From the IMG/VR virus record IMGVR_UViG_3300018894_000001, positions 1 to 64,000 of that record: a DNA stretch of 64,000 nt. The stretch is one strand, 5' to 3'. Origin of the DNA: a virus. The notes under the pieces were generated by a model. The model was not told the DNA's origin, did not search any database, and saw only the letters and a list, made by a program, of their open reading frames with translations. Shown one piece after another: positions 8,984-17,558 of this stretch (the first letter of the stretch is position 1; each line of letters begins with the position of its first letter). The translations under genes and the position numbers were made by a program.

Positions 8984-9451
8984 TCAGATGTGCTTCCACG
9001 AAGCACGACAGTGAATGTTGCTGATGGTCATGCACGTTACGCCGTAACGTGCGGCAAGCTCCGCATGCATAACGCCGCCTTCGCAGGCGGCGCGAATCGC
9101 CAGAACATCGCTGGCCGTGAGCTTGGCCTTCCCGTTTCGCTCGCCCTTGGGAAGGATGCGCCGGCCCTTCTGGTGCATGTCGAGGCTGTTGAGTGCATGA
9201 GACCCCAAGAACAGATGATCCGGACGCACACAGGCTCGGTTGTCGCAGTGGTGGCAGACGCACAGGCTGACTGGGACCGCTCCATACTCCAGCTGCCACG
9301 CAAGCCGATGGGCGTGAACCAACACGCCCCCTGCTCGAGCTGTCCCATATCCGTTCGCCTTGATGTGGCCGCGCCAGAACCAGCACCCATCCATCGGATG
9401 GGCCCGCACATTCGACAGGAAGCGCTGAATCAGTTCCAACCTATCTTCCAT
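8984..9451 (-). CDS. HNH endonuclease (HNH_3 type with C-terminal HTH-like region)
   Basis: GCWFWRG..ANGYG, HRLAW and CHHCDNRACVRPDHLFLG motifs. Confidence 0.8.
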   Translation of the reverse strand: MEDRLELIQRFLSNVRAHPMDGCWFWRGHIKANGYGTARAGGVLVHAHRLAWQLEYGAVPVSLCVCHHCDNRACVRPDHLFLGSHALNSLDMHQKGRRILPKGERNGKAKLTASDVLAIRAACEGGVMHAELAARYGVTCMTISNIHCRASWKHI

Positions 9452-9608
9452 GCGTCGTCCCCTCTTCGACCGCCGGGCAATGCGCCCAGCCACAGAATGC
9501 ACACTACACGCATGGGCCGACATTGCAAGCTCCATGGCGCGCGCCATCTGTTGCCGTCGTGCCGCATGCGGTGTACAGCTTGGATGCATTCCACCAGGAG
9601 ACCAGCCG

Positions 9609-9878
9609 ATGCCGCGACCGAAGAAGACACCAGCAACCGAGCGCCCGCGAGACGCAGGTCCGCCAGCACCGCTGCCCACGGCCCGCCAGACGAGCGGCAA
9701 CGGGACGTACGTGCCGTGCGAAGCGTGCGGCGGCATGCGAATGCCCGGCGGGCCCCATGCCGCCGCGCACATTGAGAACCCGCCCCTGCCATGGCCGCAG
9801 TGCGAGCACGGTGCAGCGTACCTGGTGGACTGCCGGCGCAATGCGGTGGCGCCCCTGTGCTGCCGGGGTATCGCATGA
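9609..9878 (+). CDS. Small Cys-rich protein translationally coupled to the C5-methyltransferase
   Basis: AGGAGA lies 6 nt upstream of the ATG. The stop forms an ATGA overlap with the methyltransferase start. Cys residues at CEACGG ... C ... C ... CC. Confidence 0.4.
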   Translation: MPRPKKTPATERPRDAGPPAPLPTARQTSGNGTYVPCEACGGMRMPGGPHAAAHIENPPLPWPQCEHGAAYLVDCRRNAVAPLCCRGIA

Positions 9879-10786
9879 AGGCCGTTGACCTATTCGCCGG
9901 AGCTGGAGGTTGGACTACGGGCGCGACGCAAGCCGGGGTGCAGGTGGTAGCAGCGATTAACCACTGGCCACGCGCCGTGGAGACGCATGCCGCCAACCAC
10001 CCTGGAGTCATGCACCGGTGCCAGGACATCACGCTGATGGACCCGAGGGATCTGCCTCGCCACGACATGCTAATCGCCTCGCCTGCATGCACAGGCCACA
10101 CCCGAGCCCGCGGAAAGGAGCGCCCCCACCACGACGCCAGTCGCGCAACGGCGTGGGCGGTCGTGGATGTGGCTGAGGTGACACACCCTCGACTTCTACT
10201 GGTGGAGAACGTGCCCGAGTTCCGTCAGTGGCGCCTGTACCGCGCGTGGTGGGCGGCGCTGACGCTGCTGGGCTACCACCTTCAAGAGCATGTCCTCGAC
10301 GCAGCGGACTTCGGCGTGCCTCAGCACCGGGTGCGCCTCTTCGTGGTGGGCCGTCTGGGCAAACGCGCCCCGGTGGTGGTGGCGCCGCGGGTGCCGCACG
10401 TGCCCGTGCGATCCATCCTCCGGTGGGACACCGGCACCTGGTACCCGGTGAGTTCGCGGGTAGAGTCCACGCGCAACCGGGTGGCCCGCGGCCGCGCCGC
10501 CTTCGGCCCCCGCTTCGTCATGCCCTACTACGGCAGCGGCTCCGGCGCGACGGGACGCAGCCTGGACCGTCCGCTTGGCACTGTGCCCGCGGCTGACGTC
10601 TGGGCCGCGGTGGATGGCGACTCCATGCGGATGCTCACCGTTGCCGAACTCCAGGCAGCCATGGGCTTCCCCGCGGAGTATCGCGTCCTTGGCACCCGGG
10701 CAGACCAGACGAAGCAACTCGGCAATGCCGTCGTACCGCCGGTGGCTCGCGAAGTGGTTCGTCAGGTGCTGGAGGCCACCTCATGA
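9875..10786 (+). CDS. DNA (cytosine-5)-methyltransferase
   Basis: Motif I DLFAGAGG, plus LLVENVPEF, QHRVRLF and GNAVVPPVA. Motif IV is atypical (SPACTG rather than PCQ). Confidence 0.85.
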   Translation: MKAVDLFAGAGGWTTGATQAGVQVVAAINHWPRAVETHAANHPGVMHRCQDITLMDPRDLPRHDMLIASPACTGHTRARGKERPHHDASRATAWAVVDVAEVTHPRLLLVENVPEFRQWRLYRAWWAALTLLGYHLQEHVLDAADFGVPQHRVRLFVVGRLGKRAPVVVAPRVPHVPVRSILRWDTGTWYPVSSRVESTRNRVARGRAAFGPRFVMPYYGSGSGATGRSLDRPLGTVPAADVWAAVDGDSMRMLTVAELQAAMGFPAEYRVLGTRADQTKQLGNAVVPPVAREVVRQVLEATS

Positions 10787-11316
10787 CGCGCGCCGTCTTC
10801 CGCGCGGTTCTGCCGCTCCCGACGTCCGTCAATAACTCCCTGCGGCCAGCCAGCCTCGGCAAGGGCGGCACCAGGCTGGTGAAGACACGCGAGGCGAAGG
10901 ATTTCGAGACGAAGGCGCGCGCCGCCCTGCGCGGCATGTCGCCGCCGCTGGTTCTGCACCGCGGGCCCGTCGAGCTGTACCTGACCGTCTACGTGCCTAC
11001 GCTGGCATCCGATGGCCTGAACCGGCTGAAGCTCCTTGAGGACGCACTGAAGGGGCTGGCGCTCCACGATGACAGACAGTTGGTGGAGTGGCACGTGGTG
11101 AAGCGCGTCGATGCCGACCGCCCGCGCGTCGAATTCGTCCTTCAGCACGCCAACGTCGCCGAGCACGCGGACGTCGCCGAGCGGCTCGCCCGCGCCGAGC
11201 GCGACCTGGGCCCGCCCGCGTACTACGAACCGAAGACGGCGCGCGCGACGGCACGGGCCGCGAAGAAGCAGGCGGGCGTGAAGCTCTCCACCGCGTACAA
11301 GCCGCACCGGCCTTGA
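10783..11316 (+). CDS. RusA-like Holliday junction resolvase (diverged)
   Basis: LPLPTSVNN and SDGLNRLKLLEDALKG..HDDRQLV align with RusA LPWPPSNN and DLDN..K...DAL..DD.QV. One acidic catalytic position is not obviously conserved. Confidence 0.6.
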   Translation: MTRAVFRAVLPLPTSVNNSLRPASLGKGGTRLVKTREAKDFETKARAALRGMSPPLVLHRGPVELYLTVYVPTLASDGLNRLKLLEDALKGLALHDDRQLVEWHVVKRVDADRPRVEFVLQHANVAEHADVAERLARAERDLGPPAYYEPKTARATARAAKKQAGVKLSTAYKPHRP

Positions 11317-11377
11317 CGCCCAGCCCGGGTGGGGTAGCGTTGCCCCACCTGCTCCGCAGGCGAGTGCCGTACGCTCT

Positions 11378-11413
11378 GAGGGCCCCCGGTAACGTCCCTT
11401 CCCGGGGGCCCTC
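11378..11413. terminator. Perfect 12-bp GC hairpin between convergent genes
   Basis: GAGGGCCCCCGG, 12-nt loop, CCGGGGGCCCTC. No strong U-tract. Confidence 0.4.
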
Positions 11414-11419
11414 GTCTGC

Positions 11420-11896
11420 TCAGCGTTCCCGCTTCGGCTGCGGGATGATGCCCAAGTCGTAGCACTCGGCCAGCGGGACCACTGGCTGCTGGTGTTCGCA
11501 AGAGCGAGTGCACGGGCCTCCGGTGTTGGCGCCACATCCGGCCCGGTGTTGCGGCTCGCCCTCCTCCCCGCCGACCTCAGACGTGGGCCGGGAGGTGCAG
11601 GAACAGGGCAGCGCATTGCCGGTGGTGTCGTCCTCAAAAGAATCGCAGTCCTCATTGTGCTGCGGCTTCCCGCCGCCCTCGGGCGTGGGCGCGCCCGGGG
11701 CGAGGCCCAGCACCCACCGAATCTGAGCACCCTCCGGGTCGCTGCCCCAGGCCTCGTGCGCCACCCTGGCCAAGTTGGCCCGGTCCTTCGCGCGCTCGCA
11801 CGCCTCGCGGTACTTCCGGGCGTCGAGGACGTCCTGGATCTCCCCAGCGTTTGCAGTGTTCCTTGTGTTGTGAATGGAGATTCTCTCACTAGTCAT
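11420..11896 (-). CDS. Hypothetical protein
   Basis: ATGA overlap with the Dam gene stop. Acidic and Cys-containing. Confidence 0.5.
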   Translation of the reverse strand: MTSERISIHNTRNTANAGEIQDVLDARKYREACERAKDRANLARVAHEAWGSDPEGAQIRWVLGLAPGAPTPEGGGKPQHNEDCDSFEDDTTGNALPCSCTSRPTSEVGGEEGEPQHRAGCGANTGGPCTRSCEHQQPVVPLAECYDLGIIPQPKRER

Positions 11897-12795
11897 TGTG
11901 CCTCCAGCACTATGTCTGTTACGGGCGATGTCGCGACCACACTCAGAAGGGACTCGTGGAGATAAACGCGCTCTGTTCGGCGCCCGCGAGTGCCGTTGCC
12001 ACTTAGCTTGGCGCCAGAGCCGGCGGCTAGAATGCAGACGAAATCATGGGGAGCAGAGTATTCGGACGCAACGACTACGTTACGGCGACTGGCAGATCGC
12101 ACCCAGTCCCAGAAAGCCGACGTATCAAACCTGCCTTGATACTCTGTCGTCCCAAGATAGGGTGGGTCCGCGTAAATGAGCGCGCCCTGCCAATCCCCTT
12201 CTCGGTAGTCGCAACATGACAGGCTTACATCGCGACACTTCGCCATTGTGTTCAATAGAGACTTCCGAGCCACTCTCGCGAAGTAGTGGCGCGCTTTTTC
12301 GGGAGGGGATAGGCCTGCGGCGGCAGCCTCGTCAGAAGACAGGAGGGTGCGCGAGTACCCATCTTGGGCCCGCCCCACCCAGCGCTTAATGTCCACAGAA
12401 TTATATCCCCACCGGAACGACACAGAACCGTCCGGCCGCATCTCCTTCCCCCAGTGGTTGGAGTCGCGGCGGGCATACCCGCCGAACCACTTTCCACCAA
12501 ACGAACATCCGAACCCCGCGAACGCAGTCATCGGGTCGTCCGGGTCTCGTGTATCGGATAGGCGCGCGTATTCGGCTTCCGCAAGAGATTCCGGAGGAGC
12601 CCAGCCACCCTGCACAGCACGCAGCAAACAAATAAGGGGGCGGCTGATGTCATTTGCGTAGCGTTCTCCACTCATTGCCGACGTCACCGATAAGGTGCCG
12701 CAGAAGAGGTCCACAAATGGACGACCACTCCGGATGGACTCAAGCAACGCGGAAAGTGGTCGGGCGATTTGTCTCTTGCTCCCCATGTATTGCAT
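11893..12795 (-). CDS. N6-adenine DNA methyltransferase, D12 (Dam) class
   Basis: YMGSKRQIA, DLFCGTLSV and ADPPY motifs. The gene sits in visibly lower-GC DNA. Confidence 0.8.
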   Translation of the reverse strand: MQYMGSKRQIARPLSALLESIRSGRPFVDLFCGTLSVTSAMSGERYANDISRPLICLLRAVQGGWAPPESLAEAEYARLSDTRDPDDPMTAFAGFGCSFGGKWFGGYARRDSNHWGKEMRPDGSVSFRWGYNSVDIKRWVGRAQDGYSRTLLSSDEAAAAGLSPPEKARHYFARVARKSLLNTMAKCRDVSLSCCDYREGDWQGALIYADPPYLGTTEYQGRFDTSAFWDWVRSASRRNVVVASEYSAPHDFVCILAAGSGAKLSGNGTRGRRTERVYLHESLLSVVATSPVTDIVLEAQ

Positions 12796-12796
12796 A

Positions 12797-13948
12797 TCAG
12801 TCCTGTCCGTGTTTTGTTGTTTTGCAGTACGGGCACGTAATCCGCAAATTGCCAAATGCAGATTCGCCATAGCCCTTGCCCCAGCACGCCCAGCACCATC
12901 GATTCACCACGCCCTTCGCGGCCTCGTAGGCGGCGGCCATGCGCTCGAAGTCAAGGGCCGTAACGCCAACGCTGTCCCCTTGAAACTCGGCCCGGTATAC
13001 CTCGCCGCTGATGCGCGCGCTCATGGGCGGCGTGAAGCGCAGCAGCATCCGCCCCACAGCGGCGAACGGCCCCACCGCCTCCAGCAGCCCGGCCGGGGCG
13101 GTGGGCGTGGCGGGCCTCGACCTCAAAGTCGCGAGTGCGAGCGCCATCTCAGCAGCGGTGTGTGCGTCGTCGCGCGCAACCATGCGCTGGCCGTGCACCG
13201 TGGCCTCCAGTTCCGCCACGCGCCGCTCGGCGGCCTCTCGCTCGGCAGCGAGCCTCCGCACGAACTCCGGGAAAATCTCCGAGTCCTTGGCGCCCAGTTC
13301 CTTCCGAAGCGCGTCGTTCCCGTCGAATTCCGCCTGGAGGTCGCGCTTGTAGGCGTCGCGCTCCGCCTCGGCGGCCTCGGCGCGGGACTTCTCGGCCAGC
13401 CAAACGTCGTTCAGGAGCTTGTTGGCCTTGGCGCATCGCTCGTTCTCGGCCTCCAGCGTTGCGACCTGGGCGCGGAGATTGGGAAGGTACGTTGCCATGC
13501 GCTGCCGAAGCTCTTGCACCTCCCTCAGGAACGCGGCGGCCTCCTGCCGGGCGGCGTCGCGCTCGGACTCGGCCTGTTCGGCGCGGTTCTCCATGCCGCG
13601 AACCAGGGCGGAGACCTTGCAGCGCTCTTCCATCTCGCTGTCGCGTTCGCGGGTGCGCTGCGCCAACTCCGCCTCCAGCGCCCTCCCCTGCACGGCCCAG
13701 GCGTGGAGCCGGGCGAGGGCGGCGTCTTCCGGCATGCGCACGTCCTCTGGCCAGTTTTTGAGCGCGGCACTCAGGGGCGCAAAATCCCGCGCCACCTCCT
13801 CCGAGGTGGGGGGCGTCAAGGTCGCAATGTGCGCCAGTGCCCGTTCCAAGCCGCGCGCAAGGTCCGTGAAGGTCGGGCTCGTCTTGCCTGCCGCCATCCG
13901 TCGAAGCTCTGCCAGTTCGTCCGCAGTCAGCCGCGTCCCTTCGGCCAT
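12797..13948 (-). CDS. Coiled-coil protein, paralog 1 of 3, with a C-terminal CxxC..CxxC cluster
   Basis: Shares LRAQVATLEAENERCAKANKLLN(D/E)VWLAEKSRAEAAE with the 24813-25907 product. Long heptad-like E/R/A-rich stretches. Confidence 0.6.
   Translation of the reverse strand: MAEGTRLTADELAELRRMAAGKTSPTFTDLARGLERALAHIATLTPPTSEEVARDFAPLSAALKNWPEDVRMPEDAALARLHAWAVQGRALEAELAQRTRERDSEMEERCKVSALVRGMENRAEQAESERDAARQEAAAFLREVQELRQRMATYLPNLRAQVATLEAENERCAKANKLLNDVWLAEKSRAEAAEAERDAYKRDLQAEFDGNDALRKELGAKDSEIFPEFVRRLAAEREAAERRVAELEATVHGQRMVARDDAHTAAEMALALATLRSRPATPTAPAGLLEAVGPFAAVGRMLLRFTPPMSARISGEVYRAEFQGDSVGVTALDFERMAAAYEAAKGVVNRWCWACWGKGYGESAFGNLRITCPYCKTTKHGQD
13367..13477. repeat. 111-bp inverted repeat, partner at 25137-25247 (110 of 111 identical)
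   Basis: Direct comparison of the reverse complement; the single mismatch is at 13406. Confidence 0.85.
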
Positions 13949-13996
13949 CGTCCTGCCTCCATGCATGCGGAGCGAATCGCCCGCGCATTCACATCA

Positions 13997-14038
13997 TCGC
14001 ATGCGCACTTGCGCATGTCCACAGATTGCGCTTATTCT
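13997..14038 (+). promoter_or_regulatory. Candidate operator and promoter upstream of the RHH gene
   Basis: Palindrome ATGCGCA-ct-TGCGCAT at 14001-14016 overlaps TTGCGC, a 17-18 nt spacer and TATTCT. Further GCGCAT-type half sites lie just upstream. Confidence 0.35.
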
Positions 14039-14079
14039 GGCGACACTCGCCGCGATGTCGGCGAGCGAAGGGACATGCC

Positions 14080-14457
14080 ATGACGACATTGAAGCCGCTG
14101 AAGCCGAACTCCTACGAGGTGATGGACGGCGCTACCGTGCTGGGTACGGTGCGCCGCGTGACGGTGCGCCAGCTCGGGCGGGACGTGCTCCGCTGGAAAA
14201 CTGCGGCACCAGGACAGGCAGAGTCTGAGGTGAACCACGTCACGCAGCAGGGGGCGATTGACTCTCTGAAGCCCAAGCCGCAGTCGCCGCGTCGTAGTCC
14301 CGCCCTGGTCAGCGTCGTCTTCAAGCTGCAGCGCACCAGCAGAGACGCGGTGGACCAGCTCGCGACGGAGACGCGGGTGCGCAAATCGGAGTACCTGCGC
14401 GAGGCGATTGCCGACCTGCTCGCCAAGCACGCCGAAGAACTGGACGGGACGCCATGA
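14080..14457 (+). CDS. Ribbon-helix-helix (CopG/Arc-like) DNA-binding protein
   Basis: C-terminal VSVVFKLQRTSRDAVDQLATETRVRKSEYLREAIADLLAKH fits a beta-strand plus two-helix RHH pattern. Confidence 0.6.
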   Translation: MTTLKPLKPNSYEVMDGATVLGTVRRVTVRQLGRDVLRWKTAAPGQAESEVNHVTQQGAIDSLKPKPQSPRRSPALVSVVFKLQRTSRDAVDQLATETRVRKSEYLREAIADLLAKHAEELDGTP

Positions 14458-15002
14458 GCGCACCCCACTGCGACTGGTGCGCGTGTCCGTTCCGCGCGGT
14501 CCTCCTGCAGGTGACGCGGGCGGGGGCCCGTCCGGCTGTCATCTCCCGGCACTACGGGCTGCACCTGTCCACCGTCTCCACCGTCCTCCAGTCAGCTCGG
14601 AAACTCGGCTGCTTGCCGGCCCCGGCCTGCACCTTCTGCCCCAGGACGGTCAACGTGCTCGGTGGCATCTGCGGCGCTTCGGAGTGCAGGCGCGCGTATG
14701 AGCGCGAGTGCAAGCGCCTCAACCGCGCGCGCTACGGCCGGGGTTCGGCTCCTGGGGCCGGACGTCCCCGCTACATCGAGCCAGAGGGCTTCGTCTGGCC
14801 GGTGCTTCCCGAGAACCAGCGACGGCAGACGGGCCGGGTTACGCCTGTCGTCATCCGTGCGCCGCCCATCCTCTACCCGGCGTTCCTGCGCGGAGAGGGC
14901 AACCGCTACCCGATGCAGGCCCCGAGGAACCCCTTGACTGCCCCGCCACTGGCACCAACGCTGTGCAGCACCTGGGATGCGAGGTGGCGCCGTGCAGCGT
15001 GA
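14454..15002 (+). CDS. Hypothetical Cys-rich protein with a possible HTH
   Basis: ATGA coupling to the RHH gene. ISRHYGLHLSTVSTVLQSARK is HTH-like. Confidence 0.45.
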   Translation: MSAPHCDWCACPFRAVLLQVTRAGARPAVISRHYGLHLSTVSTVLQSARKLGCLPAPACTFCPRTVNVLGGICGASECRRAYERECKRLNRARYGRGSAPGAGRPRYIEPEGFVWPVLPENQRRQTGRVTPVVIRAPPILYPAFLRGEGNRYPMQAPRNPLTAPPLAPTLCSTWDARWRRAA

Positions 15003-15960
15003 GCCGCCGCGCCCCTACTACGAGGAGCCGCGCGCCAAGCTCTACGTTGGCGACTGCCTAGATGTGCTCGCGACCCTGCCGGACCGCGCGGCTCGGACCT
15101 GCGTCTCCTCCCCGCCGTACTGGGGGCTCCGTGACTACGGCGTTGCGGGCCAGATCGGCAACGAGCCTACACCAGAGGAGTTCGTCGCCAAGCTCGTGGC
15201 CGTGTTCCGCGAGGTGCGGCGCGTGCTGGCCGATGATGGAACGCTCTGGCTCAACCTGGGCGACTCCTACGCGGGTGCGGCTGGCGGATGTCAGGGGAAG
15301 AACGGCCAGCGTGCGTCTCGGGCATTCACTGCCAAGGTGCAGTCTAAGGCCGGAGAAGGGCTCAAGCCGAAGGACTTGGTAGGCATCCCGTGGATGACCG
15401 CCTTCGCGCTCCGTGCGGACGGCTGGTTCCTTCGCTCAGACGTCATCTGGCACAAGCCCAACCCGATGCCCGAGAGCGTCACGGACAGGCCGACGAAGGC
15501 ACATGAGTACGTCTTTCTCCTCACGACGTCAGCGCGCTACTTCTACGATTCGGCCGCCATTCGCGAGCCTGACAGCGGGCTTCCTTCTGGCAACGGCTTT
15601 ACCGGCCGGCAAGGTGGTTCCGAGCGTGTTGGCCACCTCAGCGGCGGCCCAGGCACATCTGAGCGATGGCAGCCAGGGAAGGGACGCAACGCCCGCACCG
15701 TGTGGAGCATCGCCACTCAGCCCAGCGGCGTGGAGCACTTCGCGCCGATGCCGCCCGAGCTGGCGCGAAGGTGCATCCTCGCAGGCAGCGCGCCCGGTGA
15801 CACGGTGTTGGACCCCTTCAGCGGCGCCGGCACAACGGGCATGGTGGCCATGCAGAACGGCCGCCGATACGTGGGGGTGGAACTCAACCCCGAGTACGCG
15901 GGCGAGACGGTGACGCGCTGGAACCGGGAATGCGCCCAGCTCGGCATTTTCGCCGGCTGA
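14977..15960 (+). CDS. N4/N6 DNA methyltransferase (N6_N4_Mtase, beta class)
   Basis: SSPPYW, VIWHKPNPMPES and DPFSGAGTT motifs. The start is uncertain (alternative GTG at 14992). Confidence 0.85.
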   Translation: MRGGAVQREPPRPYYEEPRAKLYVGDCLDVLATLPDRAARTCVSSPPYWGLRDYGVAGQIGNEPTPEEFVAKLVAVFREVRRVLADDGTLWLNLGDSYAGAAGGCQGKNGQRASRAFTAKVQSKAGEGLKPKDLVGIPWMTAFALRADGWFLRSDVIWHKPNPMPESVTDRPTKAHEYVFLLTTSARYFYDSAAIREPDSGLPSGNGFTGRQGGSERVGHLSGGPGTSERWQPGKGRNARTVWSIATQPSGVEHFAPMPPELARRCILAGSAPGDTVLDPFSGAGTTGMVAMQNGRRYVGVELNPEYAGETVTRWNRECAQLGIFAG

Positions 15961-15975
15961 GCGCCCGGTGAAGCC

Positions 15976-16173
15976 CTACTCCTCGGTGGCGCGCTTCCGC
16001 TTGCCCCACCGAGCCTCAGCCGCCTTCCTGCCGGCGGCGCTGCGCTTCGGGTCGGGCTTCTTCGCCCGGCCCACCTTCGGCGCGGCGCCCTTCCGGGCCT
16101 TCGCCTTGCCGCGGGAGGTAACATTCCGCTTGTTGGACGTCTTCTTGGTGACTGCCGTCTTTCTCGAGGCCAT
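15976..16173 (-). CDS. Small very basic Lys/Arg-rich protein
   Basis: 65 aa. GGAGGG Shine-Dalgarno 3-4 nt upstream of the ATG at 16173. Confidence 0.4.
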   Translation of the reverse strand: MASRKTAVTKKTSNKRNVTSRGKAKARKGAAPKVGRAKKPDPKRSAAGRKAAEARWGKRKRATEE

Positions 16174-16255
16174 CGGCCCTCCGTGGTAGGTGCGTGAGGG
16201 TAGCGCCGTTGCGTCCAGGCGCAAAGCAGATACTCGGACGCATGTTGGGGACGAG

Positions 16256-17008
16256 ATGACGCTGACGCAAGTGCAACTGGATGACGTGAAGCGACGTGCT
16301 GAAGTCGCGGGTGATGAAGACGTGCTGGACGTGGTGGCGGAACTGGAGCGGCTGCGCACGCCCACGGGCGCCCCCGGGCGGGCGGGGTACGACGCCTACG
16401 GTGACGCGCGCGGATGGCGCGTCTTCAGCGGCGCCCCCATGCCGACGTGGGAGCAGCAGCTGGAGAAGACGCCGGACGTCGCCGCAGCGTGGGTGCGTGC
16501 CGGCCAGGCGGAGCGCGCGGTTGCGTACACGCTGGCCGCCGGGCGTGTGTCGCCGAGCGATGCGGACGCCGTCAGGAAGTTGGCGCACGCGCCAACTTCC
16601 GCAGCAGAGCGGATGGCCCGCGTGGCGTCGCTGCTGCGCGAGGCGGGCGCCCTCTCCGCCGAGGTGTTGGTGGACACGGACGCCGAACCAGGACTTCGCG
16701 CGGTGGCCGAGAGCGCCTGCCGCGTGACGACCTCAGAGTCCACGGCGATGGCGAGCCTTCGCTGCTGGCAGGTGCGGTGCGAGCTCGGCCCGCCCCCCCC
16801 AGACATGCAGCCGTCGTCCTTGCTCATTTGGAACGCGGCTACTACGACACAGGTGGCGCTCACCAGCGCGCGCGCCGCCGCTCGTAGCCACTCTTCCCCA
16901 GCCTTGGGGGCCGCCATGGCCTACCTGGAAAGAACCGCCGAGCTTCTGGAGACGGCCCAGCGACTGGACCCGGTGGAGGAAGAGTCTCCCCGCCAGGACA
17001 AGCCGTGA
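16256..17008 (+). CDS. Hypothetical protein
   Basis: ORF trimmed to ATG 16256. Confidence 0.45.
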   Translation: MTLTQVQLDDVKRRAEVAGDEDVLDVVAELERLRTPTGAPGRAGYDAYGDARGWRVFSGAPMPTWEQQLEKTPDVAAAWVRAGQAERAVAYTLAAGRVSPSDADAVRKLAHAPTSAAERMARVASLLREAGALSAEVLVDTDAEPGLRAVAESACRVTTSESTAMASLRCWQVRCELGPPPPDMQPSSLLIWNAATTTQVALTSARAAARSHSSPALGAAMAYLERTAELLETAQRLDPVEEESPRQDKP

Positions 17009-17267
17009 GACTCCTGCCCCTGCCCGCGGTGGTGCTGATGGTCGCCATCGCCGCGGAGCGGGCGGCCCAGGGGTTGTGGGGCGCGACCGTGGCGTTCGCG
17101 CTGCCGGCCGGCGCTCTCCTCTACCTGGCGGCGCGGCCCCGGGGCCCGTGAAGTGTCAGCCTGGGCTCGTCCTTGGGGCCAGGTGGGGGCCGGGACGCCC
17201 AGGAGGAACTACATTGCCCACGTCAGGGCAAGCGGGCGCCCTCGTCCAGCCCGGCAGGAGGACACGT

Positions 17268-17558
17268 ATGGCTACAGCTACCCGATTCGCCATCCTGAGC
17301 GACTGCCTCTCCCGCGCCGCGCGGGCCCCCGGCCTGCGGGCTGACCCGGGGCTCGTCTCCGAACTCCACGCAGGCGAGCGCCAGCTGCGCGAACTGCGCC
17401 AGGAGCATGAGCGCCTCGCCCGGGTGCGGGACGCCTTCGCCAGCGTCCGGCTCACCGTCGGCGAGGGGGCGCCCGTGGAGCGCCTCCAGGCTGCCCTGCT
17501 CGATGCCTACCAGCAGGCGGCGCCTCACTTCAACGAGACGCCTCCCGCAGGCCAGTAG
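17268..17558 (+). CDS. Hypothetical protein
   Basis: AGGAGG lies 7 nt upstream of ATG 17268. Confidence 0.45.
   Translation: MATATRFAILSDCLSRAARAPGLRADPGLVSELHAGERQLRELRQEHERLARVRDAFASVRLTVGEGAPVERLQAALLDAYQQAAPHFNETPPAGQ

Noticed and set aside
7883-9775. 630-aa plus-strand ORF
   Set aside because: It lies antisense to the Sak4-like ATPase and HNH genes, both of which have clear motifs. It has shadow-ORF composition.
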